Assembly: GCA_019686145.1 (NCBI GenBank)
Contig: JADGHK010000001.1
Location: forward strand, 1-27,102
Origin: Bryobacteraceae bacterium
GTDB lineage: Bacteria > Acidobacteriota > Terriglobia > Bryobacterales > Bryobacteraceae
Reading direction: 5' to 3'
Length of the DNA: 27,102 nucleotides
Position numbers and translations under genes: made by a program. Every line of letters starts with the position of its first letter. Position 1 is the stretch's first letter. The notes beneath the pieces were generated by a model, which did not search any database, was not told the DNA's origin, and saw nothing but the letters and a program-made list of their open reading frames with translations. Of this stretch, positions 1 through 9,634 are shown in pieces.

Positions 1-2286
1 GCCAGAGATGTAGGCATGGCCGACGTTCAGCTCTGAAACCATCTCGCCCAGGATGTAGTTGAGGTCGGCGCGGTGGCCCACATATTCGAGCAACGGCGCA
101 TACTGGCGGCGCAGCGCCTCCCAGTCGTATCCGTGCATATTCGGGACGTAGAAGAAGTCACGATACCGGCGCCAGACTTCGTTGAAGATTTGCGTCCACT
201 CCTGAGAGGGGATTCGGTTGACCGTAAGCCCGGCTGTCGACACCGTCTTTTTGCTCGCGGCGCCGTTCGGCGCGGCATTCATCAGTGTGAAGCCTTGCTG
301 CTGGCGAACCAGAACCTTGCTCCCGTCGAACGAGACCGTGTAGCCTTGAATGTTTTCGGCCAGCACCGTTTCCTTCCGATCCTTGACCGAAAAGATCACG
401 AGCGCCGGGGGCGTCTCCGACGAACGGCCGTAGTAGGGGTTGCCTGATCGGGAATACAGCAGGTGTCCCTTCACGGCAACGAGACTGCCGAAATTTGCCG
501 CCTCCACGGGCACTCGGGCGACGCGTTCTCCCAGCCCGTCGAAGTCGATCTTCACTTCCGGGTTTTTTGCCGGTGGCTTCGCGGCTTCCGGTTTCTTCGC
601 GTCCGCCTCTTTCGCGGCTGGGTTCTCAATGGTGACTTCGTCACTTTCGGGAGGGAACGGATGCTTTACGTCCTTGCGAAGCGCCAGGGCGAAGATAGAC
701 CGGTTTCGGGCGCCGGCAAAGTTGAACTCGATCGAACTGATCAGCGGAGCGTACTCACGGTCGCTCAGATAGTACAGGTAGTTGCCTTCCGGGTCCCACG
801 ACGGGCTTTGCGCGTTGAACATGGGATCGGTGATCCGGCGGGGCCGGCCCTCCGCGATGCTGTGTATGTAGAGGGACCGGTTTCCGTTTTCGTTTGAAAG
901 GCTGTAGGCGATCCAATTGCTGTCCGGAGACCACTCGTAATCGAGCAGCAGCCCTCGCTTCTCATCCGCAATTTCCGTTACCGACTTATCGTCCAGCTTG
1001 AGCAGGTACAGCTTGCCATCCTTGTCGGAGAAGGCGATCCGCTTGCCGTCGGGCGACCACTGCAGGTTGTACCGCATGGCCTTGCCGTTCTTTGTCATCT
1101 GCTCCGGCCCGCCGGAGCCGTCCTGGCTGACGATGTAAATCTCCTCTTCGCCTGACATGTCGGAAAGGAAGGCAACCTTGCTGCCGTCAGGAGACCAGGC
1201 GGGATGCTTATCATGCGCGCCTGAGGAGCGGGTCAGGTTTCGCGGAGTGCCCTTTTCAATCGGAGCGGTGAAAATGTCGCCGCGAGCGACGAAGAGCGCC
1301 CGCTCGCCCTTCGGGCTCAGACCGAAACCGGTAACCTGATTGCCCACGTTGATCAGCGAAGGCCGGGATGCCAGGCCGTCATAGGGGACATTGATTTGGA
1401 TACGGTGGGGCTTGCTCCCTGCCTTCGTAGAGACGACGTGAATCTCGCCGTTCAGTTCGTAGACGATCTGATCCTTATCCCCCTTACTCGGCCAGCGGAC
1501 GTCCCAGTCCTTGTAGTCTGTGAGCGCGCGCGTCTTCTTTGACGATGGATCGTACTCGTACAGATTCAACGTGCCGGTCCTGTCGCTTGCGAAGTAAATC
1601 TTCGAGCCGATCCACATCGGATCCCGCTCCGTTCTCGGACTGTTCGCAATCGGCTCGAGTTCGGCCGTCTTCAAGTGGAAGATGAAGAGATCCTGCGCCC
1701 AGCCTCCCTGATAGCGCTTCCAGGTCCGGAAGTCGCGGAAGAGCGGTGAATAGATGGCGCGCTCGCCGTCTGGCGAAAAATCTCCCGCTCCTGCCGTCGG
1801 CATGGGCAGAGCTTTGGGCAATCCTCCGGTTACGGGCACCGTGTACAGGCGGGAATCTCCGGGATGCCAGCCATCGCGTGTCGAGCGAAAGATGACGGAC
1901 TTTCCGTCGGGTGTCCAGCCGTAGACCTGGTTGTCATAGCCCCACCGGTCCGGCATGGGGCCACGTGCCGGATACCACGTCAATTGTTTGGGAACGCCGC
2001 CGGCTGAAGGGATGACGTAAACCTGCTCGTCGCCGTCGTACTGCCCTGTGAAGGCAATCCACTGCCCGTCCGGCGAGAATTTGGCAAACAGCTCCAGCCC
2101 GGGATGAGCCGTCAGGCGTGCTGCTGTCCCGCCGGACGAAGGCGCCGTCCAGAGGTCCCCGGCGTAGGTGAAAACGACCCTGTCGCCGTGAATGTCAGGG
2201 AATCGAAGGAGTTTCGTCTGCGCCCACGCGGGAAAGGCAAGGGCGGCCATGAAGACGGCAAGCGAGCGAGGAATTGAAAGTCTCAT
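1..2286 (-). CDS. Tricorn-type S41 protease, exported; N-terminal 762 codons, 3' end outside the window
   Basis: Not in the ORF track; translated by hand from ATG at 2286. MRLSIPRSLAVFMAALAFPAWAQ signal peptide, then LLRFPDIHGDRVVFTYAGDLW, repeated PD40/beta-propeller motifs (FSPDG, WSPDG, WTPDG) and WRRYRDFFY...YILGEMVSELNVGHAY at the window edge. The catalytic S41 domain would lie beyond the window. Confidence 0.9.
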   Translation of the reverse strand, partial: MRLSIPRSLAVFMAALAFPAWAQTKLLRFPDIHGDRVVFTYAGDLWTAPSSGGTAARLTAHPGLELFAKFSPDGQWIAFTGQYDGDEQVYVIPSAGGVPKQLTWYPARGPMPDRWGYDNQVYGWTPDGKSVIFRSTRDGWHPGDSRLYTVPVTGGLPKALPMPTAGAGDFSPDGERAIYSPLFRDFRTWKRYQGGWAQDLFIFHLKTAELEPIANSPRTERDPMWIGSKIYFASDRTGTLNLYEYDPSSKKTRALTDYKDWDVRWPSKGDKDQIVYELNGEIHVVSTKAGSKPHRIQINVPYDGLASRPSLINVGNQVTGFGLSPKGERALFVARGDIFTAPIEKGTPRNLTRSSGAHDKHPAWSPDGSKVAFLSDMSGEEEIYIVSQDGSGGPEQMTKNGKAMRYNLQWSPDGKRIAFSDKDGKLYLLKLDDKSVTEIADEKRGLLLDYEWSPDSNWIAYSLSNENGNRSLYIHSIAEGRPRRITDPMFNAQSPSWDPEGNYLYYLSDREYAPLISSIEFNFAGARNRSIFALALRKDVKHPFPPESDEVTIENPAAKEADAKKPEAAKPPAKNPEVKIDFDGLGERVARVPVEAANFGSLVAVKGHLLYSRSGNPYYGRSSETPPALVIFSVKDRKETVLAENIQGYTVSFDGSKVLVRQQQGFTLMNAAPNGAASKKTVSTAGLTVNRIPSQEWTQIFNEVWRRYRDFFYVPNMHGYDWEALRRQYAPLLEYVGHRADLNYILGEMVSELNVGHAYISG

Positions 2287-2377
2287 ACGAAGGCTGAGAT
2301 TGAGCGAGCCCTTCCGGGCAAGTGTAATCTTGGACGTACGGGCGGACGGGTTCGTTAGCAGCCGCCTTCCCGCCCGC

Positions 2378-3457
2378 TTACAGCAGGTCTTCGCGCCCGC
2401 GCTTTTCGAGCATTTTTACAAGCTCGCCAACCTGTTGCGCCCTTGACCGGTCCGCGACGAGGAGGGCGTCGGGCGTGTCGACAATGACAAGATCGCGCAC
2501 GCCGAGCAGCGCTACCAGGCGATCCTTGGCGTCAACGTAATTGTTGGCGCTGTCGATGTAGAGCATCTCGCCTCGGGCCGCATTTCCGGACGCGTCCCGC
2601 TTCATCAGCTCGTAGACCGCATTCCAGCTCCCGACATCGTTCCAGCCGATATCGTCGGCCGCGAGGCCTACCACATTGCTGGCCTTTTCCAGCACGGCGT
2701 AATCGACGGAAATATTCTCGCAATGCGGGAACGCTTCAGCGACGGCACTGCCGAACTTCCGGCTGTTGAATGGGGGCAGAGCAGCGAGCAACGTCGCGGT
2801 GCGGGGTAAATGCTGGCGCAACGCATCGAGGTAAACGGAGGCGCGCCAGAAGAACATTCCCGCGTTCCAGTAGAAATTGCCGGCCTCGAAGAATTGCTTC
2901 GCCACTTCCTGGCTGGGCTTCTCGCGGAAGCGCAGAACCGGAGAGGGCGTCAGGCTTCCGGGCTGAATGTCTGTGGGGAACTCGATGTATCCGTAGCCGG
3001 TCTCGGGCCACCGCGGCTGGATGCCTAGAACGGCGATCTGACCCTTCTCCGCCGCCTGAAAAGCCGGCTTCAGGAGCCGCACGTAGCGCTTCGGCTTCTC
3101 GATCCAGTGGTCGGCCGGAAAGACGCCCATGACGGCGTCAGGGTCGATGGAACTCAGAATGTGCGCCGCAAGGCCAATTGCAGGGGCTGTGTTGCGCTGC
3201 GCAGGCTCGGCAAGGATCTGCCGCTTGGGCACGGCGGGGAGCTGGCGCACAATCTGGTCCCGTAGATAGTCATTTGTGAGTATCCAGAGGCGCTCAGGCG
3301 GAATCAGCGGCGACAGCCGTTCTACGGTTTGTTGAATCAGGGAGCCGCTTCCCAGGAAATCGAGAACTTGCTTTGCGCTTCGCTTACGGCTGCGGGGCCA
3401 AAATCGCGTACCTCGCCCGCCAGCCAGAATCAGGCCGTAGTAGTGGTTTGTGGGCAT
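2378..3457 (-). CDS. manC: Mannose-1-phosphate guanylyltransferase (no C-terminal isomerase domain)
   Basis: LILAGGRGTRFWPRSR, EPAQRNTAPAIG, ETGYGYI, FREKP, YWNAGMF, SVDYAVLEK and WNDVGSW motifs. ATG at 3457 chosen over the TTG at 3469. Confidence 0.92.
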   Translation of the reverse strand: MPTNHYYGLILAGGRGTRFWPRSRKRSAKQVLDFLGSGSLIQQTVERLSPLIPPERLWILTNDYLRDQIVRQLPAVPKRQILAEPAQRNTAPAIGLAAHILSSIDPDAVMGVFPADHWIEKPKRYVRLLKPAFQAAEKGQIAVLGIQPRWPETGYGYIEFPTDIQPGSLTPSPVLRFREKPSQEVAKQFFEAGNFYWNAGMFFWRASVYLDALRQHLPRTATLLAALPPFNSRKFGSAVAEAFPHCENISVDYAVLEKASNVVGLAADDIGWNDVGSWNAVYELMKRDASGNAARGEMLYIDSANNYVDAKDRLVALLGVRDLVIVDTPDALLVADRSRAQQVGELVKMLEKRGREDLL

Positions 3458-3555
3458 GAGCTTATGCAAGAAGGAAGCGCTGGTGGCCGCTCCCTGTCAG
3501 AACTGCATCGTATCCACTACAAATCTACATCGAATCGAAGCGATGCCAAAATCGC

Positions 3556-4383
3556 TCACTTCAAGTCATAGCCGCGAATGAGTTGGAAGGTGCGTTCCCA
3601 GCGTGTCTTCGTGAAGAAGTTGCGGGCAAGGTCGAGCAGATGATCGAGGCTGATGAAAGAGCCCGTCAGCCGCTCCGTGGTCGCATCATAGGACCAGTAG
3701 ATGATCAGAGGCTTGCCGATGATGTTGGCGCGCGGCACGAAGCCCCAGTAGCGGCTGTCGAGTGACGAATCGCGATTGTCGCCAAGGGCGAAGTAGTGGT
3801 CCGGAGGAACGACCACTTCTCCGTTGACGACATGCTTCTCGAGCATTTCGAGCGCCCCTTCGTCGACGCGCATGTTCGGCTCGCCGGGGAAGTTATCGCG
3901 GTAGGAGTCAATGTAGTCGAGCTTGTGGTACTTATAGGGCTCCACCAGCTTCTTCCCGTTCAGGTAGACCTCCTTGTTGACAATCCGGATACGATCGCCA
4001 GGCACGCCGATCACGCGTTTGACAAACGTCTGACGGATGTCAACCGGATAACGAAAAACGATGATGTCGCCGCGTTTGACGGGAGTGTAGGGCAGTATGT
4101 ACTTGCTGATCGGTCCCGGCGGGGCATACGCAAGCTTATCCACCAGGAGGTGGTCGCCGATCAGGAGAGTGTCTTCCATTGATCCGGTAGGGATCACGAA
4201 CGCCTGCACGAGCGTCGTTGTGCCGAACAGCAGCAGGAGGATTGTCACTGTCCACTCGGCAATGGTGCCTCGCGCTGTCTCGGCCGCCTTTCGCCCTTTC
4301 TCCCCGGTCTTACTCTCCGGTACAGTCAGTTTTTGCTGGTCCACGAAGTCCCTCTGTTTGTCGCTATTAATATATTCTGGCAC
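3556..4383 (-). CDS. lepB: Signal peptidase I
   Basis: One TM helix, then PTGSMEDTL (catalytic Ser), FVKRVIG (catalytic Lys) and GDNRDSSLDSRYWG boxes. Confidence 0.96.
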   Translation of the reverse strand: MPEYINSDKQRDFVDQQKLTVPESKTGEKGRKAAETARGTIAEWTVTILLLLFGTTTLVQAFVIPTGSMEDTLLIGDHLLVDKLAYAPPGPISKYILPYTPVKRGDIIVFRYPVDIRQTFVKRVIGVPGDRIRIVNKEVYLNGKKLVEPYKYHKLDYIDSYRDNFPGEPNMRVDEGALEMLEKHVVNGEVVVPPDHYFALGDNRDSSLDSRYWGFVPRANIIGKPLIIYWSYDATTERLTGSFISLDHLLDLARNFFTKTRWERTFQLIRGYDLK

Positions 4384-4394
4384 AGGCTGCCCGG

Positions 4395-4676
4395 CTACTC
4401 GCCGGAGAAGCGCCGGAGCCTGAAAATCTCCCCCAGGGCAATATACAGATTCACCACACCCAGGCCCGTGAGGGCGCCGCGGAACTCAGGCCGCATCCAC
4501 ATCGAGTCGATCCAGGGATGGATCGAGCGGATGTAGTTGGAGCCCCAGTTGTCGAGCCACGGGAACATCACGAGAAACGCGCCGAGCTCGAAGCACAGCA
4601 CCGCAAACAGGAGCGCCGAGAACTTGTGGTACCAGCGGTAGTGCTTTGCAGCTTCTCTCTCATGAACGCTATTCAA
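4395..4676 (-). CDS. Small membrane protein of unknown function (93 aa, about 2 TM helices)
   Basis: Fills the gap between rnhB and lepB, overlaps the rnhB stop by 4 nt (ATGA), and has hydrophobic stretches FSALLFAVLCFELGAFLVMFPW and GALTGLGVVNLYIALG. Confidence 0.75.
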   Translation of the reverse strand: MNSVHEREAAKHYRWYHKFSALLFAVLCFELGAFLVMFPWLDNWGSNYIRSIHPWIDSMWMRPEFRGALTGLGVVNLYIALGEIFRLRRFSGE

Positions 4677-5377
4677 CCGGTACTCCTTTGCGCAGCGGCG
4701 CTGTCCTCGGGGAACGGCAGGGTGAGCTGTGGTCTGGCTTCCGCGAGCAGGAACCGGAAGGCGAGGCGGACCGGCTCAAAGCTGAAACGGTGAAGCGGGG
4801 TTGGGCCGAACCGCGCGAGCGCCTCCAAATGCTCCGGTGTGGAGTAGCCCTTGTTGCGAGCCAGGCCATAAGCGGGAAACTCGAGATCCCAGGCGCGGAG
4901 GCAGGCATCCCGGGCCACTTTGGCGAGGATCGAGGCTGCGGCGATACACTGCACCTTCACGTCGCCGTGAATGATCGACTGCTGGGGAAGGCCGATATCG
5001 AGCCGGACCGCATCGAGGAGCAGGTAGTCGCATGGCGGATCCAGCTTTTCGACGGCGCGCCGCATGGCACGAAGGGACGCCTGGTAGATGTTAACACGGT
5101 CGATTTCGGCGGCATCGCTGCATCCGATGGCCCACGCCACTGCTCTCTCCCGAATCCGCTGCGCCAGCGCTTCGCGGCGCGCGGCATCGAGCAGCTTGCT
5201 GTCTCGAAGACCCCGGATCGGCCGGTCCGGAGAGAGGACCACGGCGGCGGCAAACACAGGGCCGAACAGAGATCCGCGGCCCGCCTCGTCGACCCCGGCG
5301 ACGGCTTGATAACCCCGGGCGCGACACTCCCGTTCCAGTTTTCCTTCGCACCGGAACGGGGATGCGCGCTGAGGCAA
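4673..5377 (-). CDS. rnhB: Ribonuclease HII
   Basis: [43 protein letters not shown] and NKGYST motifs; canonical position after rplS. Confidence 0.96.
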   Translation of the reverse strand: MPQRASPFRCEGKLERECRARGYQAVAGVDEAGRGSLFGPVFAAAVVLSPDRPIRGLRDSKLLDAARREALAQRIRERAVAWAIGCSDAAEIDRVNIYQASLRAMRRAVEKLDPPCDYLLLDAVRLDIGLPQQSIIHGDVKVQCIAAASILAKVARDACLRAWDLEFPAYGLARNKGYSTPEHLEALARFGPTPLHRFSFEPVRLAFRFLLAEARPQLTLPFPEDSAAAQRSTG

Positions 5378-5385
5378 CTTTGAAA

Positions 5386-5733
5386 CTACTCCCGCTCTTT
5401 CAGACGGGCGGCCTTACCTTTCAACTGGCGCAGGTAGTACAGTTTTGCGCGCCGGACCTTGCCTGTACGAACGACGTCGATGTGGTCGATGACGGGAGCA
5501 TGGATTGGGAAGATTCGCTCGACGCCCTGTCCGAAGCTGATCTTGCGGACGGTGATGGTCTCTCCCATCCCTGTGTTGTTACGTGCGATGACGGTGCCTT
5601 CAAACGCCTGCAGACGTTCCTTATCACCCTCTCGAATCTTTACATGGACCCGAATGGTATCGCCCGGCCGGAACTCGGGGATATCATTTCGTTTGCTTTT
5701 GTTGATCACCTTCGTCAACAGTGCGTTAGTCAT
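5386..5733 (-). CDS. rplS: 50S ribosomal protein L19
   Basis: [19 protein letters not shown]...RLQAFEG...[16 protein letters not shown]...[12 protein letters not shown]. Confidence 0.98.
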   Translation of the reverse strand: MTNALLTKVINKSKRNDIPEFRPGDTIRVHVKIREGDKERLQAFEGTVIARNNTGMGETITVRKISFGQGVERIFPIHAPVIDHIDVVRTGKVRRAKLYYLRQLKGKAARLKERE

Positions 5734-6521
5734 TGCAACACTTCCTTCTTGTCAGATTCCGTTGGAACCGGGGCGCCCGCTTCGGGCTCCACCTTCCGGC
5801 GCCGCCGCTTCTTCGGCGGCTCTTCCGGCGGTAAATGCTCCGCCAAGTCAGGACGCAAGCGGATCGTCTTTTCCCGGGCCGCCTGCCGCCGCCACTTCCG
5901 AATCTCCTCGTGATTCCCGTTGAGGAGCACCTCCGGCACCTTCCACCCCCGGAAGTTCGCCGGACGCGTGTAGTGCGGGCAATCGAGCATCTTCTCCCCC
6001 GGAGCGCTGAACGACTCCTGGATTGCCGATGCCTCATTGCCCAGGACACCCGGCAACAACCTGGCGACACAATCGATGACCACCGCGGCCGCCAGTTCGC
6101 CGCCGCTCAGCACAAAATCGCCGATGGACAGCTCTTCATCGGCGAGATGCTCGGCGACCCGCTCGTCAACGCCCTCGTACCGGCCGCAGATCAGCAGAAG
6201 CTCGCGATACTTGCTCAGGCGCCGCGCCGCTTCCTGGTCAAAAACCGGCCCCTGGGCCGAGAGCAGGATCACCCGCTGCTCAGGAGTACGCTGGGGCCAG
6301 ATCGATTCGACAGCGTCGAAAATCGGCCCCGGCTTCAGCACCATGCCTTCGCCGCCGCCAAACGGCCTGTCGTCCACCGTCCTGTGCCGGTCCGAAGTCC
6401 AGTCCCTCAGGTTATGAACATGGATCTTCAGGATTCCAGCCCCGGCCGCCTTCGCCACCACGCCATGCTCGAACGGTCCCCGAAAGAACTCGGGGAAGAT
6501 TGTCAGCACGTGGAAGATCAT
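5730..6521 (-). CDS. trmD: tRNA (guanine37-N1)-methyltransferase
   Basis: [44 protein letters not shown] and PHYTRP motifs; position between rimM and rplS. Confidence 0.98.
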   Translation of the reverse strand: MIFHVLTIFPEFFRGPFEHGVVAKAAGAGILKIHVHNLRDWTSDRHRTVDDRPFGGGEGMVLKPGPIFDAVESIWPQRTPEQRVILLSAQGPVFDQEAARRLSKYRELLLICGRYEGVDERVAEHLADEELSIGDFVLSGGELAAAVVIDCVARLLPGVLGNEASAIQESFSAPGEKMLDCPHYTRPANFRGWKVPEVLLNGNHEEIRKWRRQAAREKTIRLRPDLAEHLPPEEPPKKRRRRKVEPEAGAPVPTESDKKEVLQ

Positions 6522-6524
6522 TCC

Positions 6525-7097
6525 TTACGGCCCAGGCGGCCGATTCAACTCCTTCAAGCCTTCCGGCAGATCCACGACGATCCGCTTAGCGGCAACGTCG
6601 ATTTCGACGCATATCTCCCGGACTAGCGGGATGAGAAGTTCGCCGTGGCCCTTCCTTTCAGGCTCTTCTACCTGCAGCAGCACGGGACCACCGTACTCCA
6701 GCCAGTCCGTCACTCGGCCTAGCGATTCCTCCGTCTCCCTTTCAAAGACCTCACAGCCGATGATATCGGATTGATAATACTCACCTTCGGGAAGGACGGG
6801 ACGCTCGGAGAGCGGAATACACACATCCGCCCCCTGCAGCGGCTCGGCATCGCGAATCGTATCGATGCCGCGAAACTTGAAAATCAGCCGCCCCTGATGC
6901 CACCAGACCCGTTCCACTTCGAAGGGACTTTCGCCTAGAGGCTGCCCGTCCCTTCCGAAGAGGAACACATGTCTGAGCTCCTGGTACCGGTCTTCGCGGC
7001 TACTGAATCCCCTCGCAAATAACTCGCCGCGCAGACCCCGCGTTTTCCCGAGACGCGCAACAGCGACCCACTCTTCCCGGTCCGTCGAGCCGGTCAA
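6525..7097 (-). CDS. rimM: 16S rRNA processing protein RimM
   Basis: VARLGKTRGLRGE, KFRGIDTI..AEPLQG, EGEYYQSDIIG and ELLIP motifs; TTG start; position before trmD. Confidence 0.94.
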   Translation of the reverse strand: MTGSTDREEWVAVARLGKTRGLRGELFARGFSSREDRYQELRHVFLFGRDGQPLGESPFEVERVWWHQGRLIFKFRGIDTIRDAEPLQGADVCIPLSERPVLPEGEYYQSDIIGCEVFERETEESLGRVTDWLEYGGPVLLQVEEPERKGHGELLIPLVREICVEIDVAAKRIVVDLPEGLKELNRPPGP

Positions 7098-7106
7098 CCG
7101 TTCCGT

Positions 7107-7346
7107 TTACTCCAAAATCTCCAGCGTAAAGCGCCGATTCAACTTCATTCCGGCTGCTCCAAGCAGCGTCCGGATGGATCGTGCCGTCCTGCCCTGCTTC
7201 CCGATGACTTTCCCCAGATCGCTTGGCGCGACTTTCAGCTCCAGGACGGTGACCTGCTCTCCTTGAACCTCACGAACGCTGACTTCTTCCGGGATGTCAA
7301 CGAGAGCTTTCGCGATGTCTTCTACTAGTTCCTTCATCCCTGCCAT
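7107..7346 (-). CDS. khpA: KH-domain RNA-binding protein (KhpA/YlqC family)
   Basis: [23 protein letters not shown] (GxxG KH loop); GGAGG SD 7 nt upstream; position between rpsP and rimM. Confidence 0.93.
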   Translation of the reverse strand: MAGMKELVEDIAKALVDIPEEVSVREVQGEQVTVLELKVAPSDLGKVIGKQGRTARSIRTLLGAAGMKLNRRFTLEILE

Positions 7347-7410
7347 CCCTGGACCTCCTGCTCACTGCAACGATGATACCAAAGCCATCACCGCAGCCGT
7401 GTAGCGGGTC

Positions 7411-7668
7411 TCAGGCGGCAGGCTGCTGTTGAGGGGCCTGGTTTGCCTTGAGGAGGCGGGCAACCGTATCGGATAACTGCGCACCGCGCTTCAGCCAGTG
7501 CTGAATCCGCTCGTGCTCCAGCTTCACCTGCGCGGGCTGTGCAACCGGGTTATAGTAACCCACCACTTCTACCGCCCGGCTATCGCGGGCACGCTCTTTC
7601 TCAATCACCACCACTCGGTAGGTCGGCTTCTTCTTTGCGCCGAACCGAGCCAGTCGAATCATCAACAT
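7411..7668 (-). CDS. rpsP: 30S ribosomal protein S16
   Basis: MLMIRLARFGAKKKPTYRVVV...ARDSRAVEVVGYYNP. Start moved to ATG 7668 (AGGAG SD upstream) from the track's 7740. Confidence 0.97.
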   Translation of the reverse strand: MLMIRLARFGAKKKPTYRVVVIEKERARDSRAVEVVGYYNPVAQPAQVKLEHERIQHWLKRGAQLSDTVARLLKANQAPQQQPAA

Positions 7669-7700
7669 TCCGCTTTTACTCCTGTCAAATCCAATGCTTC

Positions 7701-9059
7701 CTACGGCGCTCCGAAACTGCCGAAATTGGGCAGTTTCCACTTGCCCAGCTTCTTGCCGAGCATTCCACCGGAAAATGTTTTCATCATCTTGCGCGCTTGC
7801 GCGTATTGCTTCAGCAGGTTATTGACATCCTGCACGCTGGTGCCGCTGCCTTTGGCGATGCGTCTCCGGCGTGAGCCGTTGATAATCATGTGATTTGCGC
7901 GTTCCTGCCTGGTCATCGAGTCGATGATCGCCACAACGCGCGTGATCTCTTTCTCATCGACCTTGACGTTCTTCAGATCCTTCAAGGGCCCGATTTGAGG
8001 CATCATGCCAAGCAGCCCTTCGAGCGGACCGAGCTTGCGGAGCTGCTTCAGCTGATCGCGAAAGTCCTCAAGTGTGAACTCGTTCTCGATCAGCTTCCGC
8101 TGCATCTCCTCGGCCTGCTTCTGGTCGATGGTCTGCTCCACCTTCTCGATCAGGGACAGCACGTCTCCCATGCCGAGAATGCGGGAGGCCGCCCGTTCCG
8201 GATGGAACGGCTCCAACGCATCAAACTTTTCGCCGACGCCGACAAACTTCAACGGCTGCCCGGTGACGTGACGAATTGAGAGGGCCGCTCCGCCGCGGGC
8301 GTCGCCGTCCATCTTCGTCAGGATCACGCCCGTGATCCCCAGCCGCTTGTGGAACTCATCGGCCGATTTGACGGCGTCCTGGCCGGTCATCGCGTCAGCG
8401 ACGAACAGGATCTCGGTCGGCTGGAGCGCTTCTTTCAGCTCCTGCAGCTCCGCCATCAGCTCGTCGTCGATATGGAGCCGTCCGGCGGTGTCGACCAGCA
8501 GGACATCCCGTCCCGTCTGGACAGCCTCACGCCGGGCCGCCTTGGCCAGATCGAGGGGTTTTTCTTCCCCGGGCGCCCCCTCATAGACCGGCAGCTTGAT
8601 ATCCCGGGCAATCACCGCAAGTTGCTGGCGGGCGGCCGGACGGTATACGTCGACCGAAACCATCAGCGGGCGGTTGCCGTTCTTTGAAAGGTAGCGCGCG
8701 AGCTTCCCGGTTGAGGTGGTCTTACCGGAACCCTGTAATCCGACAATCATGATAACTGTCGGCGGGTCATTCGCAAACCGTAGCCGGGACTGGTGGCTCC
8801 CAAGTACGCGGATGAGTTCGTCCCGGACAATCTTTACGACCTGCTGGGCAGGAGAAAGGGCGGTAAGCACTTCCTCCCCCATCGCTTTCGTCTTGACGGC
8901 TTCGATGAACTGCTTGACGACGCGGAAATGCACGTCGGCCTCAAGCAGCGCGACGCGGATTTCCTTCAGCGCCGCCTCCATATTCTCGGCCGTCAATTTC
9001 CCTTCGCCGCGCAGGTTCTTGAAGACCCGCTGCAGCTTCTCGGATAATGTGTCAAACAT
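7701..9059 (-). CDS. ffh: Signal recognition particle protein Ffh
   Basis: MFDTLSEKL, GLQGSGKTT, DVYRPAA, DTAGR, TKMDGDARGG and M-domain FTLEDF/SMTRQER/SRRRRIAKGSG motifs. Confidence 0.99.
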   Translation of the reverse strand: MFDTLSEKLQRVFKNLRGEGKLTAENMEAALKEIRVALLEADVHFRVVKQFIEAVKTKAMGEEVLTALSPAQQVVKIVRDELIRVLGSHQSRLRFANDPPTVIMIVGLQGSGKTTSTGKLARYLSKNGNRPLMVSVDVYRPAARQQLAVIARDIKLPVYEGAPGEEKPLDLAKAARREAVQTGRDVLLVDTAGRLHIDDELMAELQELKEALQPTEILFVADAMTGQDAVKSADEFHKRLGITGVILTKMDGDARGGAALSIRHVTGQPLKFVGVGEKFDALEPFHPERAASRILGMGDVLSLIEKVEQTIDQKQAEEMQRKLIENEFTLEDFRDQLKQLRKLGPLEGLLGMMPQIGPLKDLKNVKVDEKEITRVVAIIDSMTRQERANHMIINGSRRRRIAKGSGTSVQDVNNLLKQYAQARKMMKTFSGGMLGKKLGKWKLPNFGSFGAP

Positions 9060-9128
9060 GATGGGGTTCGGATCGCTCTGAATTACAGGAGAGTTTCCGA
9101 CGCACTACCGCATGATGGCAGTCTCTTC

Positions 9129-9134
9129 ATTATA
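9129..9134 (-). promoter_or_regulatory. Putative sigma70 -10 box for ffh and the downstream operon
   Basis: Perfect TATAAT on the minus strand 70 nt upstream of the ffh ATG; the -35 position (GTGCAA) is a poor match. Confidence 0.5.
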
Positions 9135-9198
9135 GAAAAACCGGGCCGCGATTGCACACGCGCGGAAGACGCCCCCTTTGCCGCATCCCTAAAAAGAT

Positions 9199-9226
9199 TC
9201 AAGACGGCGCCTCCTCAACTCGATAA
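9199..9226 (+). promoter_or_regulatory. Putative sigma28 (FliA-type) promoter for the TonB-C/MCP operon
   Basis: TCAAG (9199-9203), 15 nt, CTCGATAA (9219-9226), against the consensus TAAAG/TCAAG-N14-15-GCCGATAA; sits upstream of a chemoreceptor operon. Confidence 0.45.
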
Positions 9227-9259
9227 GTGCCTTGAGACATTTTACGTGAGGAGCGATTG

Positions 9260-9610
9260 ATGAATTCTGTGAAAACAGCTGTCCTTGCTGCCCTTCTCGT
9301 ACTTGGGGCAGGCAGCTCGAAGGCTGAGCTGAGGTTAACCATGGCCGAGGCGACTCAGGCCGCGATCTCTTCTCCCCGTCCCCAATACAGTCCCATTGCG
9401 CAAAAGATGAAGGTTTCGGGTGATGTCGTGGTGGAGGCCCGGATTTCTGAAACGGGAACCGTTGAGGATGTGAAGGTGATCAGCGGGAACGCTTTGCTGA
9501 CGCCGAACGTTGTGAAGACCGTTAAGGATTGGAAATTCAAGCCGTTCCAGGAGAACGGGGCGCCGACCCGGGCGGTGGCAACGCTCAAGTTCAGCTTCAA
9601 GATGAATTAG
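9260..9610 (+). CDS. Exported TonB C-terminal-domain-only protein
   Basis: Signal peptide MNSVKTAVLAALLVLGAGSSKA, then PRPQYSPIAQKMKVSGDVVVEARISETGTV..VKVISG..LL...V..VKDWKFKP (TonB_C pattern). GAGGAG SD 6 nt before ATG 9260. Confidence 0.85.
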   Translation: MNSVKTAVLAALLVLGAGSSKAELRLTMAEATQAAISSPRPQYSPIAQKMKVSGDVVVEARISETGTVEDVKVISGNALLTPNVVKTVKDWKFKPFQENGAPTRAVATLKFSFKMN

Positions 9611-9634
9611 TAGATCGCCCGACTGGAGGATAAC

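Noticed and set aside
4646-6626. Long plus-strand ORFs (4646-5383, 5362-5913, 5835-6626) opposite rnhB/rplS/trmD
   Set aside because: Antisense shadows of universally conserved genes.
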